A DNA stretch of 64,000 nucleotides from a virus (Duplodnaviria; Caudoviricetes): IMG/VR virus record IMGVR_UViG_3300043812_000026. One strand, given 5' to 3'. This document shows, piece after piece, positions 1-9,505 of this stretch. The translations under genes and the position numbers were made by a program. Numbering within the stretch: position 1 is the first letter of the stretch; each line of letters starts with the position of its first letter. Below the pieces are notes generated by a model. That model was not told where the DNA came from. It ran no database searches and saw only the letters and a list, made by a program, of their open reading frames with translations.

Positions 1-1479
1 AAGGAGTTAGAGCTTTATCCAGCAAATCCAGATATGTTTATGAATTACATTTACAGTTTAGTTACTGGTGATACAATGCTGGTAAAGAACGATCAAGCTT
101 ACCTTAAATTTAATGATATGCTCCTTGATTCTAATTCTACTAATGACTTTGTTTATTCATTAATGCACGAATATGACAGTAACCATTCAACGCCTTCACT
201 AAGATCATTAGTTAATCGTTACCACAAGATGTTCTTAATCCTACGTAAGAATGCTCCTTCAAGAGAAGAAAGACGTTTCTACAATCGTATCATGCGTCAA
301 GGTAAGAATACTAAGAAAAATTACCGTCAAAAAGGTATTTTAGATCAGTTGCCAGAATACATTAAAGGTGAAGTATCTTTTACTGAAAAGCAGATTTTAG
401 GTGCTTTATCTAATGCTAGTACCTATAAATTAGCTCGTATTTATACTTATCTAGTTAACCTAAATAAGAAAGATAAGAATGGATCGCTATATCGAATCCG
501 TAACGGTAAGTCTTATTATGTATCTGGTAAGGAAGACCTCGATGATATTTTTAACTCATTTATCTCCTTTAAGAATGTTGCTGATAATAAAGTGATTAAG
601 GATTTAGTTTCTAAGATTGTAGATGAGCTTCTCCAGCGGGGACAAAATGCTTTTGCTGATAACGATAATAAAACTGTTTACTATATTCCGGGTGGGCTAT
701 ATTATAGCATTCCTACCTCTGGTAAGCAGTTTACTGGTAATATTCCAGATTACACTAGCTTTGACTTCCAATTGACTGGTGACGAACGACTTGGTGTAGG
801 TATCCACTGGGACAAGCAAGCAGATCTCGACTTACACGCTGTTACCTTAGATGGTGATACCTTTGGTTGGAATACTGATTGGTTGGACGATGATAGTAAG
901 GTTGTCTATTCTGGTGATATGACACGTTTAGATGATAGTGGAAATGCTAGTGAAATTATGTCCCTTTCTAAGGACTTAGATAAACCAGTCTTATTATCTG
1001 TATCTCCATACTATGTTGACGGGGGCTACAAAGATTTCAACTTTGACTTATTTGTAACTCGTTTTAATCAAGGAAAACTTAGTTCAGATTTAAACTCAAC
1101 GCCTGAGGTTTATGTTAAAAGTATCTCCAAAGATGCTTTTAACATTAATAAGTTATCCTTTAAGAATCAAAGTACCATGACTCTAGGGGTGATTATTCCT
1201 CGTGGGGACGGAAAATTTAGCTTTGTAATTACTAATTTTAATTTCGGTGCAGTACACGTCCCAAACCAAGATCAGAATAAGCAATTATTAAGCTACCTCA
1301 ATGATTATACTGAAAATGTTCCGCTCTTAAATAATATTCTCGGTGGTAAGTTAGTTGATGATAAAGACTTATTACCACACTACACAGAACAAGGTTACAA
1401 GGTAGTGGACTTATCGCCAGCCAATGTAACTGTTGATACTTTCACTGATTTAATTGATGAGTTAGATGAAAACAAATAG
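1..1479 (+). CDS. Large conserved phage hypothetical protein with TerD-like C-terminal motifs, 5'-truncated by the window
   Basis: Frame is open from base 1 (KELELYPANPDM...); motifs DLDLHAV and YSGDMT resemble TerD-type stress domains. Confidence 0.55.
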   Translation, partial: KELELYPANPDMFMNYIYSLVTGDTMLVKNDQAYLKFNDMLLDSNSTNDFVYSLMHEYDSNHSTPSLRSLVNRYHKMFLILRKNAPSREERRFYNRIMRQGKNTKKNYRQKGILDQLPEYIKGEVSFTEKQILGALSNASTYKLARIYTYLVNLNKKDKNGSLYRIRNGKSYYVSGKEDLDDIFNSFISFKNVADNKVIKDLVSKIVDELLQRGQNAFADNDNKTVYYIPGGLYYSIPTSGKQFTGNIPDYTSFDFQLTGDERLGVGIHWDKQADLDLHAVTLDGDTFGWNTDWLDDDSKVVYSGDMTRLDDSGNASEIMSLSKDLDKPVLLSVSPYYVDGGYKDFNFDLFVTRFNQGKLSSDLNSTPEVYVKSISKDAFNINKLSFKNQSTMTLGVIIPRGDGKFSFVITNFNFGAVHVPNQDQNKQLLSYLNDYTENVPLLNNILGGKLVDDKDLLPHYTEQGYKVVDLSPANVTVDTFTDLIDELDENK

Positions 1480-1488
1480 TTAATTAAT

Positions 1489-1515
1489 AAGAGACTTTTA
1501 GGTCTCTTTTTATTT
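1489..1515 (+). terminator. Rho-independent terminator
   Basis: AAGAGAC(T)-TTTA-(G)GTCTCTT hairpin followed by T-run. Confidence 0.75.
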
Positions 1516-1534
1516 TTAATTTTTTGTACAAAAG

Positions 1535-1565
1535 TAGTTGAAAATTCAACTAAAAGTGTTATACT
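1535..1565 (+). promoter_or_regulatory. Class-II sigmaA promoter with palindromic operator over the -35 box
   Basis: TAGTTGAA-AA-TTCAACTA palindrome; TTGAAA-N16-TATACT with extended TGn; near-identical copies at 6192, 25196 and 44085. Confidence 0.75.
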
Positions 1566-1596
1566 TATAATTGAAATAAGGAAAGGAAGGGATAAG

Positions 1597-2145
1597 ATGA
1601 GTTTATATGGTAATTATGTTCCAGAAAACATCGAAATGACTTATAGTAAATTCCAAGAACTAGAAGGTAAGCAAAAAGCTCTACAAGAAGAATACGAAGA
1701 TAAAGCTAAGTTTATGATGAGTGACTATAATTTATATGATCCTAATATCAAAACTCTGGTAACTGGTTATTCTTTAGGTGAAGTTATTTTTAGTACTTGG
1801 GAACATGATTTATATGATGATGTTACTAGTATCTTTTATGACCTAGTTGCAAGTGTTGAAAAAGCAATTTATATGAAAAAAGGTAAAAAAGTTGCTAATG
1901 ATACTGATCTTGTCGGTAACTTTGTAAAATGTTTTAGTAAGTCTTACGATAATGACTTGGCTAAATCTGATGCTGAAGAATTTTGCTTCGGTCTTGATGA
2001 TTGGGTTGAAGAATTAAAGATTGAACATGATAGTCAATATTTCTATGTTCCAGACCCCCTGCTTCTCTTACAGAATACAGACAATAATGACATAAAAGGG
2101 CTTGCCGAAATTATTTATGAAGGCGGGGTTAAGAAAGTATGCTGA
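1597..2145 (+). CDS. Acidic hypothetical protein
   Basis: 182-aa ORF with strong AAGGAAAGGAAGG RBS behind promoter. Confidence 0.8.
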   Translation: MSLYGNYVPENIEMTYSKFQELEGKQKALQEEYEDKAKFMMSDYNLYDPNIKTLVTGYSLGEVIFSTWEHDLYDDVTSIFYDLVASVEKAIYMKKGKKVANDTDLVGNFVKCFSKSYDNDLAKSDAEEFCFGLDDWVEELKIEHDSQYFYVPDPLLLLQNTDNNDIKGLAEIIYEGGVKKVC

Positions 2146-2393
2146 GTTTACAGACGGTTAAATTAGTTAAGGTATTAAAGGAACGTCCTTTACCAGAAAA
2201 GATTGCTAAAGAACTTGAAAGTTTAAAACTAAACCCTAACAATTATGTGTTTGTTGACTATGATGTTACTTGTCCTATTGGTCATCGTCATTATACAGAT
2301 CGTATCTGTCTTAAAGACGAATGGGAAGTTCTTAAATCAACTGGTTATGAATTAGAGTATGTAGATTACGACAAGATTATCCCTAATGGCTAA
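2139..2393 (+). CDS. Hypothetical protein
   Basis: 84-aa ORF overlapping the upstream stop. Confidence 0.7.
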   Translation: MLSLQTVKLVKVLKERPLPEKIAKELESLKLNPNNYVFVDYDVTCPIGHRHYTDRICLKDEWEVLKSTGYELEYVDYDKIIPNG

Positions 2394-2466
2394 AAATTGT
2401 GCTAGCGTTTTTGTGATTTGTTGGTAAATTTTGTTTAATGAATTTAGAAGTTAAAGGACTGTTATA

Positions 2467-3063
2467 ATGTTTAAAGTATATTTTAATTATGGTTGTATGA
2501 AATCTGGTAAAACCGCTGATTTATTAATTACAGCACATAATAATAGAGAGAAAGGCGTACCTGTTTATATCCTTTCTCCTAAAATTGATAATCGTAATGG
2601 TGAGGGTGTAGTTTCTACTCGAATTGGTATCTCAGCTAAGGCTGATTTTATCTTGGATAAGTATGATAAAGAATTACATGACTTTCTTATCAAAGTTTAT
2701 AATGAAGACGGAATGATTATTATTGACGAATGCCAATTTGTTGATCCACTTACGGTTCATTCAATGTGTAAGTATTGTCGGGATTTAGATTTTAGTAATA
2801 CAAGCCAAAAGACTAATTTTAGTATTATTGCTTATGGTCTTCTAACTGATTATCGTTCTAGCTTATTTGACGGAACTATTGCTTGGCTAGACGAAGCAGA
2901 TTCAATTAATAAGATTAAATTTAGCTGTGCTTATTGTTCCAGACAGGCTACTCGTAATCTGCTAACTAATAAAGTAGATCAAGATGGTAATGTTTTAATC
3001 GGTGATAGTGAATATAAGCCTGTCTGTTCTTATCACTATTGGAAGTATAATAATAATTTTTAG
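2467..3063 (+). CDS. tdk: Thymidine kinase (TK1/type II)
   Basis: P-loop YGCMKSGKT, IIIDECQF, YGLLTDYR, Zn-binding CAYC...PVC. Confidence 0.93.
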   Translation: MFKVYFNYGCMKSGKTADLLITAHNNREKGVPVYILSPKIDNRNGEGVVSTRIGISAKADFILDKYDKELHDFLIKVYNEDGMIIIDECQFVDPLTVHSMCKYCRDLDFSNTSQKTNFSIIAYGLLTDYRSSLFDGTIAWLDEADSINKIKFSCAYCSRQATRNLLTNKVDQDGNVLIGDSEYKPVCSYHYWKYNNNF

Positions 3064-3083
3064 CTAATATGGAGTGGGAGTAA

Positions 3084-3236
3084 ATGAATAAGTATATTGG
3101 AATAGGTTTGTTGATTGCGTTTTTAGTAGTTCTAAAACTATTTTCAGTAGCGATTGCTAGTGCAATTACAATTACATTAATTTTAGGAGTTGCACTAGTT
3201 TGTGATTTGTTAGAAAGGAATAATTTAGATGAATGA
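3084..3236 (+). CDS. Small membrane protein (50 aa, below ORF-track cutoff)
   Basis: GGAGTGGGAG RBS, MNKYIGIGLLIAFLVVLKLFSVAIASAITITLILGVALV..., two hydrophobic stretches. Confidence 0.65.
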   Translation: MNKYIGIGLLIAFLVVLKLFSVAIASAITITLILGVALVCDLLERNNLDE

Positions 3237-3417
3237 TTTAGAAAAAGCTTATTGGTTAGTATTTGATAGTGGACTTACGCCTTATGAATTGTCAAAGAAG
3301 TTAGGTGTATCTACTACTTTAGTTTATCGTTGGCAAAAGGATAGTGATACCCTACGCCGTATTCAGCGAAAAACCTTAGATAAGTTGGTAAGTGTTTATG
3401 ACTCGATTAAAAAATAA
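3229..3417 (+). CDS. Small HTH (Cro/XRE-like) DNA-binding protein
   Basis: LTPYELSKKLGVSTTLVYRWQK helix-turn-helix pattern; AAAGGA RBS. Confidence 0.8.
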   Translation: MNDLEKAYWLVFDSGLTPYELSKKLGVSTTLVYRWQKDSDTLRRIQRKTLDKLVSVYDSIKK

Positions 3418-3556
3418 AAAGTTTAGTTTTAATAAAGTGGTAGCAGGATTAACCTTGGTTGAAGTCTTGCTGTTTTTAACCTACTTCGATTGGTTCTTGT
3501 ATTTGTTTCCTATATGGATAATTTTAGGCAGTTGGTGGGTGATGAAAAATGTCTGA
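3398..3556 (+). CDS. Small membrane protein (52 aa)
   Basis: Hand-translated MTRLKNKKFSFNKVVAGLTLVEVLLFLTYFDWFLYLFPIWIILGSWW...; fills the gap between overlapping genes. Confidence 0.55.
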   Translation: MTRLKNKKFSFNKVVAGLTLVEVLLFLTYFDWFLYLFPIWIILGSWWVMKNV

Positions 3557-4070
3557 TAGTACAAAAGAAGTTTTAGATACCTTGGATCGAGCGTACGTTA
3601 ATGAGTTTATAAAACATCACATTCTATATAAGAAGATAGATGATTATAATTACCTGCTAATGCACCAAGGAAAGTTCTGCTATTTGTTCTGTACAGGTAT
3701 TGCTCGTCCATTTTTAGCTTATTATCCCTTGTTAAAAAAATTTAATTCTGATATTTTCAATAATGTTTTAAAACAGATTATTACTAAAGTTTCTAATTCA
3801 AATACTAAAGAATACGGTTTTAGTACTATACTTAGTAGTTCTAAGTATCCAAACTACGGAGACGTAATTGGAGATCTTAATTTCTATCAAGGTAGGTGTA
3901 AAAATTATGAAAATACGATTCATAAGAATAAATGTGCCTATCACTGTAGAATTAAAAATGGGTATCTTGATGAGTCTAATCGTATTTTGTTAGATAGAAT
4001 TAGACTGTCATTGTTAGGTTATAAGAATTTTAAGAAAATGCGACAAAAGGTCTATGGTGATTTATTATGA
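3549..4070 (+). CDS. Hypothetical protein
   Basis: 173-aa ORF in operon. Confidence 0.7.
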   Translation: MSDSTKEVLDTLDRAYVNEFIKHHILYKKIDDYNYLLMHQGKFCYLFCTGIARPFLAYYPLLKKFNSDIFNNVLKQIITKVSNSNTKEYGFSTILSSSKYPNYGDVIGDLNFYQGRCKNYENTIHKNKCAYHCRIKNGYLDESNRILLDRIRLSLLGYKNFKKMRQKVYGDLL

Positions 4071-4243
4071 AAAGGTTTTTAAGTGCTTGTGGTGTTATCT
4101 TAGGTGTTGTAGCAATTGGTGTTTGCTATACTCTGTATCTCTATTTAATTTTCTCTGTTTTAACTGGTTTGATTAGCGTGGTTGTAGCTCTTATTCCAGC
4201 TATCCTAGTTTTAATATTCTTGGCGGTGCATTCCATTGACTAA
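4067..4243 (+). CDS. Small membrane protein (58 aa)
   Basis: ATGA overlap with upstream stop; MKRFLSACGVILGVVAIGVCYTLYLYLIFSVLTGLISVVVALIPAILVLIFLAVHSID. Confidence 0.7.
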   Translation: MKRFLSACGVILGVVAIGVCYTLYLYLIFSVLTGLISVVVALIPAILVLIFLAVHSID

Positions 4244-4493
4244 AAGTAAAATTGTATATACCTTAGAGGATAATTATAAGTTAATCTTAATCCGTGATAC
4301 CATTGAAGACGACGCTGTATTTTATATTACAGGTATAAGTAGTACTATTCATTTGCGTCAATTACCTAAAACTGACTTGCATACATTAATAAAATCAATT
4401 ACTGATGACTTGCCTGCTTGGATTCATGCGGTTTATATTGATAGAATGTTAATGTGGTGGAAGTATGATCAGATAAAACCAATAACAATATAA
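4236..4493 (+). CDS. Hypothetical protein
   Basis: 85-aa ORF, TTG start. Confidence 0.65.
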   Translation: MTKSKIVYTLEDNYKLILIRDTIEDDAVFYITGISSTIHLRQLPKTDLHTLIKSITDDLPAWIHAVYIDRMLMWWKYDQIKPITI

Positions 4494-4506
4494 AGGAGGC
4501 TTTTTA

Positions 4507-5079
4507 TTGGTTTACTTTATCTCACCTTATATTACTGCTGTTAGAGCGAAAAAATATAAGCGTAATGTGTTGCAACAAATTAATCACACCTATACTGCAA
4601 CCCGTTATTTAATTTATATTCCGGTTTTTATTGCTGGTTTAATTCCTAATGACTTAAATAATCCTAAACAGTACTTTTACTATGTAGGGGCAATGGTTCT
4701 TGTTTGCTTGTTAGCTTACTTATGTATTCGTTTGATTGCTTACTATTTTAAGTATTCGGTTAATAGAACTTCAATTGGCTTGCTTGATTATGTGATCTTG
4801 TATGAGACCAAAGAAGACCTGCCTTTAGACACAGTTAATCCATTGATTCCAACTTTTGAATATAATCGTACTCACCCTAAGAATAAGGTCTATTTTGGTG
4901 GCTATACCTTAGAGGAATTCCGAAAGGCTATGCAGGAGGTTTATGAAGCTAAAAACGATCGGCGATATGGAGAAGATACTCACCGTTATTTAGCTTTACT
5001 ATTCCATGATATGGAAGATTATTATATCCATACTTTGTCTGACCCCGCAGTAGAGCAAGAGGTGATTAAACATGACTAA
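4507..5079 (+). CDS. Membrane protein
   Basis: AAGGAGG RBS; two hydrophobic segments. Confidence 0.75.
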   Translation: MVYFISPYITAVRAKKYKRNVLQQINHTYTATRYLIYIPVFIAGLIPNDLNNPKQYFYYVGAMVLVCLLAYLCIRLIAYYFKYSVNRTSIGLLDYVILYETKEDLPLDTVNPLIPTFEYNRTHPKNKVYFGGYTLEEFRKAMQEVYEAKNDRRYGEDTHRYLALLFHDMEDYYIHTLSDPAVEQEVIKHD

Positions 5080-5557
5080 TGATAATGATAAATTAGATAA
5101 GGTAGAAAAAGCTTTAGACAAAATACGTGACTCCTTTCTGTTTCCTCGCCCAGAACTGAACAGCACTTTGGAAAAGAATACTAGAAATCTACTTGATGTT
5201 AGCTATTCACTTCTCTATTCGGCAAAGGAACAGCAATCTGAAATTGAAAAATTAAAAGAAGACTTAGCACGAAATAGTATATCAGACGAAGATCAAGTAG
5301 TTATCTGGGTTGATAATAAATATTATCTAATTATGAAATTGTTATACAATAATGTATCATTTGCATTGTCAAAGCCTCATTGTAATTGTGTTGGTTGTTA
5401 TTCCTATGGGGATGCTAAGTTTGTTTTAGATGGTAGTGATTATCATTCTTTACACCTTTTAGAGGATCATAATGTTGAGCTTATCCCGATAAAAGATTTT
5501 AACAAAAAACTAGAAACTAGTTATAGTTTCGTGGGGTTAGATTTTCATGAAGAATAA
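5072..5557 (+). CDS. Hypothetical protein
   Basis: 161-aa ORF, GAGGTG RBS. Confidence 0.75.
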   Translation: MTNDNDKLDKVEKALDKIRDSFLFPRPELNSTLEKNTRNLLDVSYSLLYSAKEQQSEIEKLKEDLARNSISDEDQVVIWVDNKYYLIMKLLYNNVSFALSKPHCNCVGCYSYGDAKFVLDGSDYHSLHLLEDHNVELIPIKDFNKKLETSYSFVGLDFHEE

Positions 5558-6143
5558 ATGGATTGTAATTTATTTTATTTTAGGCATTTTAGGGTTAGCT
5601 CTATTATTATTATTGGTTATCCCAGTTAATATTAAAACTGTTCGTACGCAGACTATTAATGTTTCAGACTCTCCACAAGTTAAAGTGGATCATATTAATG
5701 CAACGGTTGATTATTATGGAATGCCTAGCGATTGGGCTGATCCAGATTCTAGCGTTGACTGGGATTCTCTGTATAGTTTTGAAGCTGATCTAATGGATAG
5801 TTCTGACAATTATTTAACAGAAGGTGATAGGGTAGTGGATGAGTCTGTAATTAGAACTCTTAATGCAGTACCAGCTTATAACTATTATTCCCATACTAAG
5901 CACAGTTATCAAAAGGTTACACATCGTGTTACTAATATTTATGGTTTGCATTGGAATTACAGTTCTGATAATGATCATGATACATCTAAAATTGTACAGT
6001 CTAATGATAAATCTTATATCCCTATCTATTTAGATATTGATTGTCACTATAAACAAGGTAAGTATTCCCGTTCTAGGGATCTGCACTATAAGCTTGTGCC
6101 TAATGGGGATAAGTATGCAATGGTTAGTGGTGCTGATGATTAA
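5547..6143 (+). CDS. Membrane-anchored/exported protein
   Basis: N-terminal MKNKWIVIYFILGILGLALLLLLVIP anchor followed by hydrophilic domain. Confidence 0.75.
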   Translation: MKNKWIVIYFILGILGLALLLLLVIPVNIKTVRTQTINVSDSPQVKVDHINATVDYYGMPSDWADPDSSVDWDSLYSFEADLMDSSDNYLTEGDRVVDESVIRTLNAVPAYNYYSHTKHSYQKVTHRVTNIYGLHWNYSSDNDHDTSKIVQSNDKSYIPIYLDIDCHYKQGKYSRSRDLHYKLVPNGDKYAMVSGADD

Positions 6144-6146
6144 ACT

Positions 6147-6172
6147 AAAGTCCTTTATAGGGCTTTTTATTT
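6147..6172 (+). terminator. Rho-independent terminator
   Basis: AAAGTCCT-TTAT-AGGGCTTT hairpin plus T-run. Confidence 0.65.
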
Positions 6173-6191
6173 TTATCTTTTTACACAAAAA

Positions 6192-6222
6192 TAGTTGAAT
6201 ATTTAACTAAAAGTGTTATACT
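6192..6222 (+). promoter_or_regulatory. Class-II promoter with operator (copy 2)
   Basis: TAGTTGAATATTTAACTA-AAAGTGT-TATACT, same downstream leader as the 1535 copy. Confidence 0.75.
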
Positions 6223-6254
6223 TATAATTGAAATAAGGAAAGGAAGTTGTAAGG

Positions 6255-6410
6255 ATGGTTTTATACTTAGTTTACATTGCTCTTTGTTTTGCCTTTCTAT
6301 GGGGCATTACTCAAGCATTCCCATATTTTAAGCTTTTCATCTACTTAGGTGGGTGGATATTCTGTACTGTTGTCTATTTATTTTTGGTACTATATAATCC
6401 GGGGTGTTAA
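6255..6410 (+). CDS. Small membrane protein (51 aa)
   Basis: Directly behind class-II promoter and RBS; MVLYLVYIALCFAFLWGITQAFPYFKLFIYLGGWIFCTVVYLFLVLYNPGC. Confidence 0.7.
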   Translation: MVLYLVYIALCFAFLWGITQAFPYFKLFIYLGGWIFCTVVYLFLVLYNPGC

Positions 6411-6684
6411 TAATGGTAATTCTATTAATTTTGCTTTTAATGACTACGTTTGATTTAATAACTTTGTTGGTTGTCAATAACATTAAGCATGGAGTGAGGT
6501 AACTGTTAATAAAAATGCAGAGCTATAAGAATGATATAGAAACATATGCTATAGGTAAATCGTAGAAAGAATAAATGTAGGCGATTTATCAAGGATAATT
6601 GAATGAAACTAACTGAAAAATAGAAGAATTGTAAGTATTGTCATTATCCCTGGAAGAAAATCATTGTAGAGAGGTGGTAGAATA

Positions 6685-6879
6685 ATGTTAACAACACAAG
6701 CACGTTTGGCAAAGAAGAATAAACAGCCGGTTAGGTTAGTTGGTGACCTGTATCGCATAATTGACATTAAGCACGTTAATGGAACAAGAAAGATGGTTGC
6801 CACAATTAAGAAAATAGGCTTGGATCAGTATCGATATAAGCCAATTGATGTTGACGTTGATTATTTAGAACAAGCATAA
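6685..6879 (+). CDS. Small basic hypothetical protein resembling Lactobacillus prophage proteins
   Basis: GAGGTGG RBS; 64 aa; terminator downstream. Confidence 0.65.
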   Translation: MLTTQARLAKKNKQPVRLVGDLYRIIDIKHVNGTRKMVATIKKIGLDQYRYKPIDVDVDYLEQA

Positions 6880-6900
6880 CTATAGTGAATAACATATTAG

Positions 6901-6937
6901 AGACCAAAAATTTTATTATTAGATTTTGGTCTTTTTT
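6901..6937 (+). terminator. Rho-independent terminator ending the + strand block
   Basis: AGACCAAAA...TTTTGGTCT plus TTTTT. Confidence 0.7.
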
Positions 6938-7252
6938 GTTTTGCTTCCTTTTCTAAATTCCAGTTAGGTAAAAAGACGGGGGTGTACTAGAGGCAAGATA
7001 AAGATATAGATAGGGGTAAAACAAGGACATTAATAGAGATAAAGATAGCTGTTCATGAATCGGGTGAACAGCAGAATTTCTAGTATAAAAATTTTTTGGG
7101 CTGGGGAATAGAGAACCTAGCCTTTTGTGAACCTAGCCTTCAAGATTAACGGGGGTGTGGTCTCAACCGTATTAACTAGACCCGAAGACTAGAAAACCTA
7201 TTTAGCAAAATAAAAAAGCCCCTTCGGTAAAAAGTACCAAAGAAGCTAATAG

Positions 7253-7465
7253 TTAGATTAGGTTAAATTTTAATTTTAGGAATAAGACAATCAACAATAA
7301 ACCAGCACCAGCAAAGCTTACTAGTATAGTGCAGACACCAGTGCAAGCCGTTGAGTATTCAATTCCGAGTAGTTTAGAAGTAGCCTTACAAGTTAGCTCC
7401 AGCAAGCTAATTAAAGCATTAGCAAGCAAATAGAATAAGTTATAAACACTAATTAATAAAGTCAT
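7253..7465 (-). CDS. Small membrane protein (70 aa)
   Basis: Start MTLLISV placed at the repeat RBS; hydrophobic. Confidence 0.7.
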   Translation of the reverse strand: MTLLISVYNLFYLLANALISLLELTCKATSKLLGIEYSTACTGVCTILVSFAGAGLLLIVLFLKLKFNLI

Positions 7466-7811
7466 GATAAAACTTCCTTTTTCTTTATTTCTTATTACAT
7501 TATTATAATACAATAAGCATTTTATATTGTCAATACATAATCATAAAATAAAAGGTTAATTATCATATAGCCTTAATTGCTTGTATAAGGCTTTCTAAGA
7601 CGTTTTATGATAGTTAGGTGTAATTAATCATTAAAGCAATAAGACAAGCACAGACAAGCAAACAGACTAAAATAATAATAAACTGAGTTAAATAGATAAG
7701 AATAAAGGGGATGATTTATAATAATGTTGCAAATGCAACAATCCATCCCCTGCATAGATAAGACTGATAATAAAGCAAAAATAAAAAGGACTTATGAAAA
7801 GCCCTTGAATA

Positions 7812-8240
7812 TTATTTAAATCCTAATTGGTCGTTAATGTAGTTCACAATGCTATCTGCTTGCGGGTCGGTTAAGTCTTCTTCAATATCAATATCAAACT
7901 CATCACTTAAATCATTTAACACGCATTCTATGTTAATATATGCAACCATATTAGCAACCTTTTTAGGGTCGCTTAAATCTGTATTAACTAATCCAAATTG
8001 TTCAGTTTCATAACTCTTGACGTACTCAATAGCACCAAAGACACCGTTTAAATTAGTGCTTGCATAAAGCTGATCTTCCTCACTAAACTCTTCTAATGCT
8101 TGTGAAGCCTTATATGTTCCAATAATCCATAAATTGTTGCTAGTAGTATTCATTTGAATATCTTCAAGTGAATTGCTTCCGTTTTCTAATGCATCCGCAA
8201 TAGTTGATAACATAGTGTTGTAGTTAAATTCTTCAGTCAT
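7812..8240 (-). CDS. Highly acidic early protein, candidate Ocr-like DNA mimic
   Basis: D/E-rich 142 aa; WIIGTYKASQAL...GAIEYVKSYETEQFG...TDLSDPKKVANMVAYI; own promoter cassette. Confidence 0.5.
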   Translation of the reverse strand: MTEEFNYNTMLSTIADALENGSNSLEDIQMNTTSNNLWIIGTYKASQALEEFSEEDQLYASTNLNGVFGAIEYVKSYETEQFGLVNTDLSDPKKVANMVAYINIECVLNDLSDEFDIDIEEDLTDPQADSIVNYINDQLGFK

Positions 8241-8327
8241 AATAATTACTTCCTTTTCTTTATTTATCTTACATTATAATAATAACATTGTTAGTTATTA
8301 TTGTCAATAAAAAATTTAACTTTTTAT

Positions 8328-8657
8328 TTATACAATAGCTGGAAAGTCTTTACCAGTTACGTAGTTTTCTAGCTTGTCGCCTTGATAGTTGGCTGAAAAT
8401 TGCTTTGCAAATTCCTTTTCGTGACGGCTAGTAGTAGCGCTATAAATACCATTAGATAAAAACTTTCCATCTGGTAAAATGCAAGCTACGACCACATTAT
8501 AAGATAATAGCAACTTTACACCATTTACCAGGCTTTTGACCTTGGCTTTACCATAGAATGATTTTCGGCTATCATAACGGGGGTTCAAATCTTCCCAATT
8601 AGTAGCGCTTTGAGCATTGAGCAATTCATTTAAGTTATAAGCAAATTTCTTCATCAT
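8328..8657 (-). CDS. Conserved phage early hypothetical protein
   Basis: KSFYGKA...LLSYNVVVA...YSATTSRH motif; own promoter cassette. Confidence 0.75.
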   Translation of the reverse strand: MMKKFAYNLNELLNAQSATNWEDLNPRYDSRKSFYGKAKVKSLVNGVKLLLSYNVVVACILPDGKFLSNGIYSATTSRHEKEFAKQFSANYQGDKLENYVTGKDFPAIV

Positions 8658-8728
8658 TTTAATAACTTCCCTTCATTTGATTACATTATAATAATAACAT
8701 TGTTGGTTATTATTGTCAATAGTTTTAT

Positions 8729-9037
8729 TTAATTTTGTTGTAATTCTTCCCACGTAGACTCATCATCGTAATAATCAACAGTCCCCTCAATGTAATTATC
8801 GATTTCCTTATCTTCGCCCCCGTTTTCCCAATAATGATCAAATTGTTCTTGAGTCCAATTTAAGTCATACATATAATAATCAATAGCGGATTCATACACT
8901 ACTTCTGACAATCCAGTGTTAGCGATGACAAGTTCTTTTTCTTCTTTACCCCGTTTCATTGTTAAAATAGCTTCACCGTAAGTTGTTTCAATAAGACTAA
9001 CTAATTCAGTTTTTACCTTGTCTGTTAATTTTTCCAT
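8729..9037 (-). CDS. Acidic early protein
   Basis: 102 aa, E/D-rich; own promoter cassette. Confidence 0.8.
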   Translation of the reverse strand: MEKLTDKVKTELVSLIETTYGEAILTMKRGKEEKELVIANTGLSEVVYESAIDYYMYDLNWTQEQFDHYWENGGEDKEIDNYIEGTVDYYDDESTWEELQQN

Positions 9038-9126
9038 TTTTATTACTTCCTTTTCTTATTACATTATAATAATAACATTGTTAGTTATTATTGTCAATAG
9101 TTTATTTAAATTTTTATCTGGTCTGA

Positions 9127-9381
9127 TTATTTTAGTTTGTTAAATTCTTCAATTCTATCAATTCTATTAATTAGTTTGATAACTAAATTATTAGTGATTC
9201 CATTGGCTTGTAACTGTTCCTGCTCCTTTGGTGTAAGCAATTGCCAACTATCGTTAACAATTAGATTTTGTGGAAAAATGTTAGCATTATCATGTACAGT
9301 CTGTAAACTGATACTAGCATTAGTTGCTTCCCTTACCTTGTTAGCTAAATCATTCAGAACATTTTTAATATCATTAGTCAT
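9127..9381 (-). CDS. Early hypothetical protein, paralog of 12564-12836
   Basis: Shared motif VN(D/N)SWQL(L/M)TP(K/R)EQE...RI(D/N)R. Confidence 0.8.
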   Translation of the reverse strand: MTNDIKNVLNDLANKVREATNASISLQTVHDNANIFPQNLIVNDSWQLLTPKEQEQLQANGITNNLVIKLINRIDRIEEFNKLK

Positions 9382-9448
9382 TTTTATAACTCCCTTTCTT
9401 TATTACATTATAATAATAACATTGTTGGTTTAGATTGTCAATAGTTTT

Positions 9449-9505
9449 TCTAAATAATTAAGAGTTTAAGCTTAACTCTCAAAATAAATCCTTGTTTCTT
9501 ATTAC
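9449..9505 (-). ncRNA. Repeated non-coding hairpin unit, copy A
   Basis: GUAAUAAGAAACAAGGAUUUAUUUU-GAGAGUU-AAGCUUA-AACUCUU-AAUUAUUUAGA directly after a promoter. Confidence 0.5.
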
